DNA of 64,000 nucleotides from Elusimicrobiota bacterium (GCA_043811535.1 JBDRNC010000029.1:17459-81458), one strand, 5' to 3'. Positions 49,937 to 59,629 are shown, numbered from the stretch's first letter. A program made the numbers and translations. The notes: generated by a model not told the origin, from the letters alone.

Positions 49937-50206
49937 CTAGATACCGTCGTTTGACGCTTCCTGCATCATCTTTTCCTGCTTCTTTATCAACGCGTCGGCT
50001 TTGGCGGCGGCATTTTCGGCTTCCTTGACCATCGCCGGATAACTCGTCGCGTCCGCACCCTGCCCGGCCAGTGCCTTCTGCGTCCGACTATCCACAAGCG
50101 CAGGCTTCTTAAAATTCGCTTTCATAAAAGCAAGATACAGCGCCGCGATAATTACCATCGCGAAAAGAATTATGATAAGGGAGAAACCACGGTCATTTCT
50201 TTTCAT
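49937..50206 (-). CDS. Small prepilin-like protein
   Basis: MKRNDRG|FSLIIILFAMVIIAAL class III signal-like leader, lacking Glu+5. Confidence 0.55.
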   Translation of the reverse strand: MKRNDRGFSLIIILFAMVIIAALYLAFMKANFKKPALVDSRTQKALAGQGADATSYPAMVKEAENAAAKADALIKKQEKMMQEASNDGI

Positions 50207-50607
50207 AAATTTAACCGCCCCCTTATTCTATCCAAAACATTTGCTGAAAAAGCGTAATAATCCTTGCTTTCAAGTTCAGTAATGACTATCCCGCCCTGAT
50301 AAAGGTCGGTATTCCTTTTCATCCGCATCGCGTTTCCAACAGTAAAAACCATCTCATCATCCAATATCTTGCCGGTGATACGCAGTATCTCAATATGATG
50401 CCCCGGCATACTCGCGATCTTGCTTTTCTTGACCCCTGCGATTAAAGCTATACCGCCCTTCAAAAGAGCCGTATATGAGTACGTGAACTTTACTTCAGGG
50501 ATCCGGTCGTTTCTTGCTATTTCCAGGTCCTTAAAAGCATTATTCAAATAACCTTTGACTTGTTTACCGGTAAAATTGAACTTCTGCGAATAGTCCGTTT
50601 TCTTCAT
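50203..50607 (-). CDS. HEPN-domain protein
   Basis: AFKDLEIA, SYTALLK, RMKRNTDLY; overlaps the upstream MNT gene. Confidence 0.75.
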   Translation of the reverse strand: MKKTDYSQKFNFTGKQVKGYLNNAFKDLEIARNDRIPEVKFTYSYTALLKGGIALIAGVKKSKIASMPGHHIEILRITGKILDDEMVFTVGNAMRMKRNTDLYQGGIVITELESKDYYAFSANVLDRIRGRLNL

Positions 50608-51149
50608 AACAGTTTTATTTTACCCCCATTAATAAATTCCGTCAGAAAAGGATCATTTTCCTTTTCCTTTCTTCTAAATTCCTCCGCGGACATATTGATA
50701 AGGTTTATCTCCCTGCTGATTTTTTCCTGCACCGCGGAGATGCTTTTATGCAGGTCCATAGTGTTCGCGTTCCCGACAACCAGCAAGTCAATGTCGCTGT
50801 GAACCTTCATTTTGTTGCGCGCGTAAGAGCCGTACAGATAGGCCTCTTCAACCCCCTTGACGGCTCTTAACGCCTGGCTCAATTGTTTTTCTATCCCGTA
50901 TGTTTTCAGGACGATCTTTTTGTACTCCTGATAAAGGGGGAAACTCTTATTGAGCGAATAATACACCTCTTGTCCTTTTTTTTCGGATGAAAGCAGGCCT
51001 TCCTCCGCAAAAAAACGGAGCTTTTTCACAAGATTGCGCTTATCAACGCCGAACATGCGCGCCATTTCGTTGACAAAAAGCTTGTCGTTCTCATGCAGGA
51101 ACAAATGAGTCAGCAAAACAGCCGTTTCTTTTGACCTGAGTGAAATCAT
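50604..51149 (-). CDS. wHTH-minimal nucleotidyltransferase (MNT)
   Basis: N-terminal wHTH; YLYGSYAR....HSDIDLLVVG. Confidence 0.88.
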   Translation of the reverse strand: MISLRSKETAVLLTHLFLHENDKLFVNEMARMFGVDKRNLVKKLRFFAEEGLLSSEKKGQEVYYSLNKSFPLYQEYKKIVLKTYGIEKQLSQALRAVKGVEEAYLYGSYARNKMKVHSDIDLLVVGNANTMDLHKSISAVQEKISREINLINMSAEEFRRKEKENDPFLTEFINGGKIKLL

Positions 51150-51162
51150 AATCCACCTCGAA

Positions 51163-51212
51163 GTGTAATATATTACACCTGTAAGTGTAGTATATCACAC
51201 CGCTGATGTCAA
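51163..51212 (-). promoter_or_regulatory. Promoter with tandem palindromic operators (GTGTAATATATTACAC / GTGTAGTATATCACAC)
   Basis: TTGACA, 17 bp spacer, TACACT; palindromes 22 bp apart. Confidence 0.8.
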
Positions 51213-51423
51213 GGGGTATTAGGTGGGAAGACGGAAGAAGGCCGTAGTCATTGCGAGTTCGTATCAAGTCGTCATCACGAGGAGGTCGCCGCGGCGACCG
51301 ACGTGGTGATCTCTGGCCGTGTCATTGCGAGTCCGCCGCGGCGGACGAAGCAATGACTGCTTACTTCGGCCTTGCGATGACAACCATCTATTAGGGTTCT
51401 GTCGTTCTTTCCCTGTCGCTAAA

Positions 51424-51894
51424 TTAAACTATTTTGAATTCTAATTCCAATTGTGGGTTCTTTAATTTTACTTCTGCCAAAATTCCCCGAACAAGCCCTA
51501 TTGCGTCCTTGAAAGCCTTCTGCGATTCTGTTAAAGTCACAAACGCAACAGCCCCGTATGTAAGTTCATTGCGCTTTTTTCTCATATTTTCGAAATGAGA
51601 GGTTATCCTTTCAAAATTCACGCCCAAAAAAGCTGAAGTCACTTTAACAACGGTTTTGTGCTGTTCTCCGTCATCAGGGGTTAATCCGTTTAACAAGAGC
51701 AGCGCCCGGCCGGCCTTAAGCATGGCGTTATACGCCATCAGATAAGTGGCTTTTTCCGCTATTTTTTGGATTTTTGACGCTTCAATAAGGTCACCCATAG
51801 ACAATACCAATAACTGCTCAATCTGTCCGATTCCCGCTTCCTGTTTTCTTAGCTTCTTTTGGTCCAGCAGTTTTTTTATCAGTTTCTCCGGCAT
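51424..51894 (-). CDS. HEPN-domain protein
   Basis: AYNAMLKAGRALL, HKTVV, RKKRNELTY. Confidence 0.8.
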   Translation of the reverse strand: MPEKLIKKLLDQKKLRKQEAGIGQIEQLLVLSMGDLIEASKIQKIAEKATYLMAYNAMLKAGRALLLLNGLTPDDGEQHKTVVKVTSAFLGVNFERITSHFENMRKKRNELTYGAVAFVTLTESQKAFKDAIGLVRGILAEVKLKNPQLELEFKIV

Positions 51895-52456
51895 ATATGT
51901 CCCCCTTGACCGGTATTAACTTCTCCTTCAACACAAGATTAACAAAACCTCCTTTTTCTTTGGATTTACTCAGATATTCTTCAGGGGAAAACATAGTGTA
52001 GTTAATTTCCCGGTGAAGCTTATCTTCAAGAAAATCAATTGACTTCATCAATTTAGCGTCGTCAGGATCTCCGACCACGCAAAGGTCAATGTCGCTTTTT
52101 TCATCCTCGAGTCCTTTCGCGTATGAGCCGTAGATAAACGCGAGCTCAATCCCTTTGACGCGCGCCAGGGCATCCCTAAACATTCCGGCGATGCCGACGG
52201 TCTTGCTGACTATGCTTTTAAGTTCATCGTAAAGGGGGAAAGACTTGTTAAGGCGGTAAAATACGAGGTTCCCCCTGTATTCAGCGGAAAATAATCCGTT
52301 TTTTTCAAGTTTTAACAGCAGGCGCCTGATATTGCCGACAGAATGCCCCAAAGTACGTTCAAGTTCCCGAAGGTAGAAACTCTTGTCGGCGTTCGCGAAA
52401 AAGAAACCAAGCAGGTCGCGGGTAAGCTTTGACCTGGAAATGTTCAATATATCCAT
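51818..52456 (-). CDS. wHTH-minimal nucleotidyltransferase (MNT)
   Basis: YLRELER, FIYGSYAKG..DEKSDIDLCVVG, LHREINY. Confidence 0.88.
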   Translation of the reverse strand: MDILNISRSKLTRDLLGFFFANADKSFYLRELERTLGHSVGNIRRLLLKLEKNGLFSAEYRGNLVFYRLNKSFPLYDELKSIVSKTVGIAGMFRDALARVKGIELAFIYGSYAKGLEDEKSDIDLCVVGDPDDAKLMKSIDFLEDKLHREINYTMFSPEEYLSKSKEKGGFVNLVLKEKLIPVKGDIYAGETDKKTAGPKEAKKTGSGNRTD

Positions 52457-52458
52457 GC

Positions 52459-52507
52459 TGTAGTCCTCATTGACTACAATTGTAGTAATATATGACTACA
52501 ATGTCAA
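52459..52507 (-). promoter_or_regulatory. Promoter with tandem palindromic operators (TGTAGT-N8-ACTACA twice)
   Basis: TTGACA, 17 bp spacer, TACAAT; palindromes at 52459-52478 and 52481-52500. Confidence 0.8.
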
Positions 52508-52653
52508 TGGGGGAGGTGAAAGAAGGAAGACGGAAGAAGGAAGTCGTAAGCAGTCATTGCGAACGAAGTGAAGCAATCTCTGGCCGTGTCATTGCGAGTC
52601 CGCCGCGGCGGACGAAGCAATCTCAAGGTGTCCCCGTTTGCCGCGAATAAGTG

Positions 52654-52799
52654 CGTGGATATACGCGCGAAACGCGTGGGAATATATCCACGCGCCCCGT
52701 GGATATATAACTTTATGATTGAAAAATCAACTATATTATATCCACGTTTTTATCCACGGTTTATACACGCTTTCAGGGGTGTGGATATGCCGTGGATAA
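52654..52799. repeat. Cluster of about 8 (A/T)TATCCAC(G/A) nonamers in both orientations
   Basis: Copies at 52654, 52684, 52698, 52738, 52750, 52761 (1 mismatch), 52780, 52791. Confidence 0.8.
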
Positions 52800-52826
52800 C
52801 CAATACAACCTTCGAAGTTGTATTGG

Positions 52827-53489
52827 TTAGGCAAGGGTGTACTTGCGGCCCTTGCCGAGTCCGGCGGCTTTTAGCTTCTTTTCTTCAACAAGTTTGGTCA
52901 ACAAGCGGTAGGTCTGGCTGTCATTCAACCCGGTCAGTTTCTCGCAGTCGTTGTTGCATATTTCGCCGTGTTCGGAAACAAAGGCAAGAACCTTATCGCC
53001 ATACGTTGCGGCAACGGATTCAGTTTCCATCGCGGCCTTGTAGCCGCGGTTCTTGAAATATTTTGACGCGCTTGTGCCGAAATAGATGCCCATGACCTCG
53101 CCGAAAGTGTAAAGCAGTGTCTCCGGCACAGCCCGGACAAGCCCGAATTCCCAGAACAAAACCACAACACCGGCGGTAACGGCCCATACGGTTACAATGA
53201 TCTCGCCGCGCGCGAACTTCTTGAGCACATCCTCCGGCATAACGTCGGCGTCAGGCGCGGACAGCCACCTGCGAAGCTCCTTCTGGCCGACATAAGCCGC
53301 AAGCACGCCCAGATAGATGTTGCCCATCAAAAAAGAGGACTGTACCGCAAAACCGGCCAGCCCGCCCGCAATCACGCCAAAATGCAGCGCCCCGAAAAAC
53401 ACCGAAAGCCAGAATAAAAATTCCGACCACTTCTCACGCATTTCACCCGCCGTCGTTTTAGTGGCGGGGTTGGCAACAGTTTGGTTCAT
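52827..53489 (-). CDS. Membrane protein with a C-terminal winged-helix domain
   Basis: About 4 TM helices, then KVLAFVSEHGEI.N.DCEKLTGL...TYRLL.KLVEEKKL...G.GKGRKY. Confidence 0.75.
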   Translation of the reverse strand: MNQTVANPATKTTAGEMREKWSEFLFWLSVFFGALHFGVIAGGLAGFAVQSSFLMGNIYLGVLAAYVGQKELRRWLSAPDADVMPEDVLKKFARGEIIVTVWAVTAGVVVLFWEFGLVRAVPETLLYTFGEVMGIYFGTSASKYFKNRGYKAAMETESVAATYGDKVLAFVSEHGEICNNDCEKLTGLNDSQTYRLLTKLVEEKKLKAAGLGKGRKYTLA

Positions 53490-53661
53490 TGAGCACCTCA
53501 AGTGTTTTTATTAAATTGTCTCACCGCGAAATCCACCGAAGCTATATTGACAATACGGCGAATAGCCGTGTCTATTGTCAATATATCAGCGCAGGCGGAT
53601 TGAAACCTGCCACAAGTGTTTTATTTGAATTGTTGTATGTGAAATCCCGCTAACTACTATA

Positions 53662-54084
53662 TCAAATAATCTCTTTTGCCTTATTCAAAAACTCTTCAGC
53701 TAATTTCAGCAAAGAACCCGCGGATTCTTTCGACCACCTGCTATAATAGTCGGCGTCTTCCCGTAAACCTTTCGCGTCTTGAAGGGCATCAACCAGCTTA
53801 GCCGGAATTTTACCTTCGTTCACATAAAACTTTCTGACCGCCAAAATCAAGCAAGCATGGCTGTGTTCTTTGAAGTTTTTTGCATAGAGCAGAGCCCTTG
53901 CGGAGTGGAACATTGAGTAATAAACCTGAATCGTCGCCCACTTGTAATTGCCGGACTCAAATGACTTTTTCGCGCTGCCAAGGTCTTCTTCTGCCGTCTC
54001 CAGTTCCTTGCCCGCTATCGCCTTCCCGCGCGAGAACGCCTTGATACTGCCCTTCTTCAGACAATCTTCATACTGTAAGCTCAT
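53662..54084 (-). CDS. HEPN-domain protein
   Basis: AEEDL, YYSMFHSARALL, HSH, LREDADY. Confidence 0.85.
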   Translation of the reverse strand: MSLQYEDCLKKGSIKAFSRGKAIAGKELETAEEDLGSAKKSFESGNYKWATIQVYYSMFHSARALLYAKNFKEHSHACLILAVRKFYVNEGKIPAKLVDALQDAKGLREDADYYSRWSKESAGSLLKLAEEFLNKAKEII

Positions 54085-54634
54085 CTTCATCCCCCCATAG
54101 GACAATACCCCTGTCGATTTCATTGGAAAAGACCGGGTCTTTTCCTTTCATCGCCGAATATTCCACCTGCGTTTTGACTACCGCCTGGATCTTCTTTTTG
54201 GAGTTAAACGTTGCAACTGTCTTTTTTGCCTCATTAATATCTTTGCAGAGGATGAAAAGGTCAATATCACTTGTGGAAGTGTCCTCGCCCCGCGACGCGC
54301 TTCCGAAAAGGACGGTTTTTCTCATGAACGGCTTGAGCTTCTCTATCAATTTCTCAAGGGAAAGCACCGTTTTCAGAACCTTGTACTGCTTAACTGCCGG
54401 GTTGGAATTCATTAACTTATAGATATTCAACTTGCCGCGGCCCTTTTTGTGTTTTGACACAAGCCCCTGCTTCTCAAGGTCCCGCAAAGCAAAGTAAACG
54501 CCGGACCTGCTCAGACCCGTGCCGTCCTGGACATCGCTCCCGGTAAACTCCTTTTCCGGGGCGTCGGCAAGGAACTTGAGTGCCTTCAGGGCGTTAGTGA
54601 AAAAGAAGATGCCAGTTGCCGGTTTCTCAGCCAT
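54068..54634 (-). CDS. wHTH-minimal nucleotidyltransferase (MNT)
   Basis: GLSRSGVYFAL HTH; VLFGSASRGEDTSTSDIDLFI. Confidence 0.88.
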   Translation of the reverse strand: MAEKPATGIFFFTNALKALKFLADAPEKEFTGSDVQDGTGLSRSGVYFALRDLEKQGLVSKHKKGRGKLNIYKLMNSNPAVKQYKVLKTVLSLEKLIEKLKPFMRKTVLFGSASRGEDTSTSDIDLFILCKDINEAKKTVATFNSKKKIQAVVKTQVEYSAMKGKDPVFSNEIDRGIVLWGDEDELTV

Positions 54635-54643
54635 ATAACCTTT

Positions 54644-54716
54644 GTCTAATATATTAATCTCATGGCTATTATATTAGCCACAAGGATATTATAATAGACG
54701 CGCACTTAAATGTCAA
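54644..54716 (-). promoter_or_regulatory. Promoter with three phased imperfect palindromes (core TA(A/T)TATA(T/A)TA)
   Basis: TTGACA, 17 bp spacer, TATAAT; cores at 54647, 54667, 54687 (20 bp period). Confidence 0.75.
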
Positions 54717-54758
54717 TAGGGGAAGGAGAACAAAATTCGGTGGGATTTTTAAAATCAA

Positions 54759-54899
54759 TTACAGCAATGGCGGGGAAACAATCGCGCCCAGGTGCAGCGC
54801 CCCGAAAAACACCGAAAGGTAGAATAAGAATTCAGACCACTTCTCGCGAACTTCGCCCGCCGTCGATTTAGTGTCGAAACTCCCCATGATTTGCGGCAT
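54759..54899 (-). pseudogene. Truncated diverged paralogue of the 52827-53489 gene
   Basis: MPQIMGSFDTKSTAGEVREKWSEFLFYLSVFFGALHLGAIVSPPLL* versus TKTTAGEMREKWSEFLFWLSVFFGALHFGVI. Confidence 0.8.
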
Positions 54900-54950
54900 T
54901 AGAAACTCCTTTCAATTTATTAATGTAGTCAAAAATAAGGGGGGGGGTAA

Positions 54951-55454
54951 TTATATATTTTGCAGTCTATCCATGATTAAATCCCAGCGATTTAAATATT
55001 TATTGATTCGCCAGCCATTATGATTTTTTCCAGGGGGGAGGACTAAACCACGACATTTTGTTGATGCATCATGTGCTTGGCCTTTCATCCCTGGTTTCGC
55101 TACCCAAATTTTGTGTTGCTCTCGAATATTTTCCGACATATCTTTACTTGGGATTATATAATAAGAAAAATCATCAGATTGGGTTGGATCTGGAATACCA
55201 GCAATTACCCAAATGAATGAGTCACCATAGTCTTTCTCAGCCTTTATGCCAACAGGACAAGTACGACTTCCAGGAAGAAATGTTTTTACTTGTATGTGAA
55301 CAAAGTATTTTGCTGACTTATCGGTACATAATATGTCAACATTTGGACAATTGCCAAGCGTAACATTTGCGACTAATCCACGGCGGCATAGTTCCGCAGC
55401 TACGAAAAATTGACTAGCGCTCGCTCTATGACTTTTATCATGAATATTACCCAT
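54951..55454 (-). CDS. Putative PD-(D/E)XK nuclease
   Basis: FVAAELCRRG...NVDIL...IQVKT pattern. Confidence 0.65.
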   Translation of the reverse strand: MGNIHDKSHRASASQFFVAAELCRRGLVANVTLGNCPNVDILCTDKSAKYFVHIQVKTFLPGSRTCPVGIKAEKDYGDSFIWVIAGIPDPTQSDDFSYYIIPSKDMSENIREQHKIWVAKPGMKGQAHDASTKCRGLVLPPGKNHNGWRINKYLNRWDLIMDRLQNI

Positions 55455-55475
55455 GTATATTCTCCTTCAACACTA

Positions 55476-55817
55476 CTATGAAATATTTTTCATAGATTTA
55501 TATTCTTTCCAATCGGTCACACCATCACCATATGCCCATTGAGCAGGCTTCAAATTCATTAAGAATTGGCCCACCTTATCCAAAAACCCGTGTGCAGCGG
55601 CGTAATTAATATGCTCTGCAAGTCTGTCAATTTTTGCTTGTTTCGGAGTGTCCCACCACGCAGCCAAAATCAAAGGTATCGCAGGTTCCCATCCTCCGGA
55701 CAGCTTTTGCTTGCGATCAGGGAGCATTTCCCAAAGCTCGTTCCAAAAAGTAGGCATCGGGCAAACACGGCCACCGGTTTTACAATATTCAATTAGTGCG
55801 CTTAGTTTATCTTTCAT
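55476..55817 (-). CDS. Hypothetical protein
   Basis: RVCPMP..WNELWEML, PLILAAW, RLAEHI. Confidence 0.7.
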   Translation of the reverse strand: MKDKLSALIEYCKTGGRVCPMPTFWNELWEMLPDRKQKLSGGWEPAIPLILAAWWDTPKQAKIDRLAEHINYAAAHGFLDKVGQFLMNLKPAQWAYGDGVTDWKEYKSMKNIS

Positions 55818-55871
55818 ATTATTTTTACTCCGTCCCCCTTATTCCCTTATTCCTCCCAACAATTGTCTCAT

Positions 55872-56624
55872 CTATTTTCTTAATTCGTCTAGTTTTACCC
55901 ATTCACCTTTTCTATTTTTGTATTTCCAATTCAACCAACCATCAATTGATCTTTTTGTGACAGCTCTGGCCGCCATTGAAGGTGATGTATAAACTGGACC
56001 CATAAGCTTTCTTGCACGATGAGTTTCTGAGCCAAATGTTATTGTACCGTCTTTTCGGACATGAGCTACATATAGATTCCCTTTATAATTGAAACGGATA
56101 TGAATTCGCTTTTTGATATATGGAGCAAGCGTTGGTTCGTGTGAGTTATTCAAACGATGTTTTCTTTTATGCCGTCGAGAATGTGAAGAAGTATGGTGTC
56201 TTAATCGTGAAGTGCCTATTCTTGTTCTCTCTAATTTCTGCATTATCTTAATATCTCCGTCAATTTGTCTAAGGAGATCAACCGAACGCTTAAACTTTCC
56301 TTTCTGTAAATTGCCTTTTGGCGAGGCAATCCTCAAAACTAGCGCTTCGATTTCTTTCAAATACTGGGTTCCCGGGGTGAGATAGACACTAAATTCGTCC
56401 CAGAGACCAGCATGGCGATCCCGAATGTGGTGCCTCATTAAGCGCCCATTCAGGTTTGTGGCTAAACCGACATAATAAAGTTTATTTTTTCTGTATAAAG
56501 CATAGATACCACTTTTTTTGTAAACATAATGTCTAATTAAAGGTTTATAATTTCCTTCTAACGCCTCACCTTTAAGGTGTTCAACATGTTTAGCTACAAG
56601 TGCTCGCGTTTTCTTTTTTTTCAT
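55872..56624 (-). CDS. GIY-YIG nuclease with a C-terminal RAMA/DUF4357-like domain
   Basis: SGIYALY....LYYVG.A.NL..RL..H; YTSPSMAA..V..RSIDGWLNWK. Confidence 0.75.
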   Translation of the reverse strand: MKKKKTRALVAKHVEHLKGEALEGNYKPLIRHYVYKKSGIYALYRKNKLYYVGLATNLNGRLMRHHIRDRHAGLWDEFSVYLTPGTQYLKEIEALVLRIASPKGNLQKGKFKRSVDLLRQIDGDIKIMQKLERTRIGTSRLRHHTSSHSRRHKRKHRLNNSHEPTLAPYIKKRIHIRFNYKGNLYVAHVRKDGTITFGSETHRARKLMGPVYTSPSMAARAVTKRSIDGWLNWKYKNRKGEWVKLDELRK

Positions 56625-56687
56625 CCATTTACTCCTTTGAGATACCAATTATCGCTATAAATTATTTTAACTTCGTCCCCTATTTAT

Positions 56688-57593
56688 TTAACCAGCCTTA
56701 AATATGTTTTCATTATGCCACTGTAACAATACTTTATCCGGTTGGTCAACCACGCTTGAAGGTAGCAATATTTCATTGCCATGCAAAGCATAATAATTCT
56801 TGCCATTGTCAAAGTCGGTTTTAATTCTTTTACTGACTTCGACATGATAATCAGGGCTAATTGTCATATAACCCCTGTCGAAAAGAGTATGAATATCAGT
56901 ACGCAATAGAATACCATTGCTTGGTTGATGACCGGCGAGTTTATATGGCTTAATATGAGCAGAAATTAAAATAGGAAGTATTTTTTCTGCTGTAACAGCG
57001 CACTTACGGTTATAATTATCCAATACCATACTTCTAAAAGTCGCTTGACCTAAACGAGGTAAAACCTGAACAGGTTCGCCAAATCTTTCCTGTTGGATTG
57101 GCATTTCTCTTATTCCCTCTGTTTTATGAATGTTTTTAAATATCAGTTTTCCTATTTCTGATTCTAAGTCGAAAGTCGCACCCTGTTGGATCCCTTTCTT
57201 CCAACCAGGTATCCTGAACCACTTAGATTTATGCAAGAATGTTGGTTGTTGCAGCATGATACAACCGATAGGATAATCTTCAAATGGTTGAGGGGGAATA
57301 CGGCGATACTTTTCTACTCTTGCCCGCATTTCTATTAGGTCATTTACTCCATTCTTCTCTCGGAAGTAATCCCATGCTTGGCTAATGGGCAATATTGAGG
57401 AATGTGCGAAAATTCCATAGCCAACAATAACATCATCCGGCGCGTGCAGTTTGAAAAGAAAAAGCTCTCCTTTTTGGAGAGCCCTGAATTGCCTGTTTCC
57501 GGACGGTTGCCAGAAATTGACTTCGTCAATATCCGGTCTATTGGCAAGAAATTCAAACCAATTACGATCTGTTATGCCTACGTAAAGGTTCAT
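56688..57593 (-). CDS. HNH endonuclease (restriction-endonuclease-like)
   Basis: VGITD..WF, EVNFWQP, RLGQATFR, CAVT, AHIKPY, NGILLR.DIHTLFD. Confidence 0.88.
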   Translation of the reverse strand: MNLYVGITDRNWFEFLANRPDIDEVNFWQPSGNRQFRALQKGELFLFKLHAPDDVIVGYGIFAHSSILPISQAWDYFREKNGVNDLIEMRARVEKYRRIPPQPFEDYPIGCIMLQQPTFLHKSKWFRIPGWKKGIQQGATFDLESEIGKLIFKNIHKTEGIREMPIQQERFGEPVQVLPRLGQATFRSMVLDNYNRKCAVTAEKILPILISAHIKPYKLAGHQPSNGILLRTDIHTLFDRGYMTISPDYHVEVSKRIKTDFDNGKNYYALHGNEILLPSSVVDQPDKVLLQWHNENIFKAG

Positions 57594-57628
57594 ATATTAT
57601 TTTAGTCCCATTACCTAGATCACTATAA

Positions 57629-59605
57629 TTAAACTACTTCAAATCCAATATTTTTTAGATATTCGAAAGTTGGATCGTAAAACATAGGGTCACGTGTTGG
57701 ATCATTTGAATCACCCGGTGGAACCACAATAACCATGCCTTGACGTGCACGTGTAAGAAGAACTCGATAGGCATTCTGGAGATAATTTTGGCGCTCTTTT
57801 TTTCTAATGTATTTCCAGCTTTTTCCACAAAAGGATCTATGTTCCCAACCACTACTAGAGTATCTGAAATCTGCATCCCAAGTAACGCAAACCCAGTCAA
57901 GCTCCAGTCCTTGAACATGAAACTCTGTAGCAATATCTTCCAAATAGTATGAAGACCTTACATCTTCTTTATTGTCAAGGAACCAATGAATTGGATCCAT
58001 AGGAGATTTCACATCTATCGCATAAGGCTTTAATCGCTCTGCTTGAGAGGAAACCACGATTCCATATCGCTCCGATCCACGCGCATGTTCTTTCAGCCAG
58101 TGTTTTGCCTTTACAAGGTCACGAGTGATTGCAATGGGATATTTATTCCCAACATTATTTAGAGTCTGTCGCGCATCATTGGTGTGGCGGTCCAGAAGTT
58201 GTTTGATCAGCAATGAGACATTTTCAGCCCGAAACGAACGCATCGAAACAGAAAGATGCAATGAAGCATTGTCGATAACATTTGGACGCAATTTTAATTT
58301 ATTAACTATCTCTTCTGCACCGTACTCACTATCATTTAGTCGTGAAGATATGTAGATATGCCAATTTGGAAATGAACGATTCAATGCATCAATCCACTCG
58401 ACTATTCCGGCCTCTCCAGTATTGATTTCTTGACCACCACCAACAAGACAAACAATTACAGCCCAATCAGAGTGACGATCAAGGCAGGATATCAAAAACT
58501 CAGGCTCAGAAAGATTGAAATTTGGTTTATTTTTCTTTCTGCGCATGAAATTGGCAGTCTGTTTCTTATTCCACGCTCGTTGCGCTTCGTCAAATAATGC
58601 AACATGTTCAACAGGGGGTGATTCTAAATCAATAAGACAATCATCACGAAAATGGTGCACATTCTGAATAAACATTTTGACTTCACTCATTGCTTCACCC
58701 TTTTTACACTTAATTCCTCTTTCTTTAGAATGAGTGACTCTATCACGAGCCAATGCTTCACGGAGGATATCAACTAGTGGTCCATTCCCGGAAAGATAAA
58801 CGCTATATAAGTCACTGGTTTTATCAATATGTGTTGTAGCAATATTAAGACCCACGAGTGTTTTTCCTGCACCAGGAACACCAGTTACAAAACAAATAGA
58901 CTTTTGTCTATTTTCTCTTGACGAATGGATAATGGCAGAAACTGCTTCAGAAGTTCTGCTTAGATTAATTGCACTAGCATCGTTGCGAGATATCTCAGTA
59001 ACAGAGTGATGATTGTATAAAGCCATAGCTGCTTCAATAATTGTTGGTGTTGGGCAATAGCGTCCATTTTCCCAATACTTTTTGTCAATTACCTTACCTT
59101 CGGAAAAACTCAAAACGTTTTCAATGATCTTACCGAGTTGTTTTGTATTTGTTTTGATTGGAATAAGGAGTTTGTCGTTGTGTGGAGTAGTGGCTACAGA
59201 AATAATGCCATTTTTTGCTTTAGAAGCAATAAGAATCGGTGAAATATATAGATCATGGCTAGTTTCGTGAAAGTTTTTTAAATCTAAGGCATAGTCCCAA
59301 ACTTGGTCGATCGCATAGGAAGTAAATTCACGTTCTCCTATTTTAAATTCAAGAACAAATATTACTGCTCCTATTAGTAATACAACATCAATTCTTTTTC
59401 CCATTCGTGGGATCGAGTATTCAAAGTATATCGACCCTTGATAGTTGAAAAGAACAGACTGTAATATTTTAATTTCTTCGACCCATGCATCACGCTGGGA
59501 TTGCTCTAAAGAAAATTCATTGCTCTTTGCAAGTATACCAATTATCTCATCAGAATTTGCCTTTACAAAATTGGTGATTGATTCGGTGTAATACGCCCTT
59601 GACAT
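57629..59605 (-). CDS. DUF2075 (Schlafen-group-3-like) nuclease-helicase
   Basis: [44 protein letters not shown]. Confidence 0.88.
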   Translation of the reverse strand: MSRAYYTESITNFVKANSDEIIGILAKSNEFSLEQSQRDAWVEEIKILQSVLFNYQGSIYFEYSIPRMGKRIDVVLLIGAVIFVLEFKIGEREFTSYAIDQVWDYALDLKNFHETSHDLYISPILIASKAKNGIISVATTPHNDKLLIPIKTNTKQLGKIIENVLSFSEGKVIDKKYWENGRYCPTPTIIEAAMALYNHHSVTEISRNDASAINLSRTSEAVSAIIHSSRENRQKSICFVTGVPGAGKTLVGLNIATTHIDKTSDLYSVYLSGNGPLVDILREALARDRVTHSKERGIKCKKGEAMSEVKMFIQNVHHFRDDCLIDLESPPVEHVALFDEAQRAWNKKQTANFMRRKKNKPNFNLSEPEFLISCLDRHSDWAVIVCLVGGGQEINTGEAGIVEWIDALNRSFPNWHIYISSRLNDSEYGAEEIVNKLKLRPNVIDNASLHLSVSMRSFRAENVSLLIKQLLDRHTNDARQTLNNVGNKYPIAITRDLVKAKHWLKEHARGSERYGIVVSSQAERLKPYAIDVKSPMDPIHWFLDNKEDVRSSYYLEDIATEFHVQGLELDWVCVTWDADFRYSSSGWEHRSFCGKSWKYIRKKERQNYLQNAYRVLLTRARQGMVIVVPPGDSNDPTRDPMFYDPTFEYLKNIGFEVV

Positions 59606-59629
59606 ACTATTCCTTGATGTGGGGTATTA

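Noticed and set aside
53383..54899. Diverged repeat pair as a DGR template/variable region (also considered for 47254-47688)
   Set aside because: Differences are not adenine-specific and no reverse transcriptase is present.
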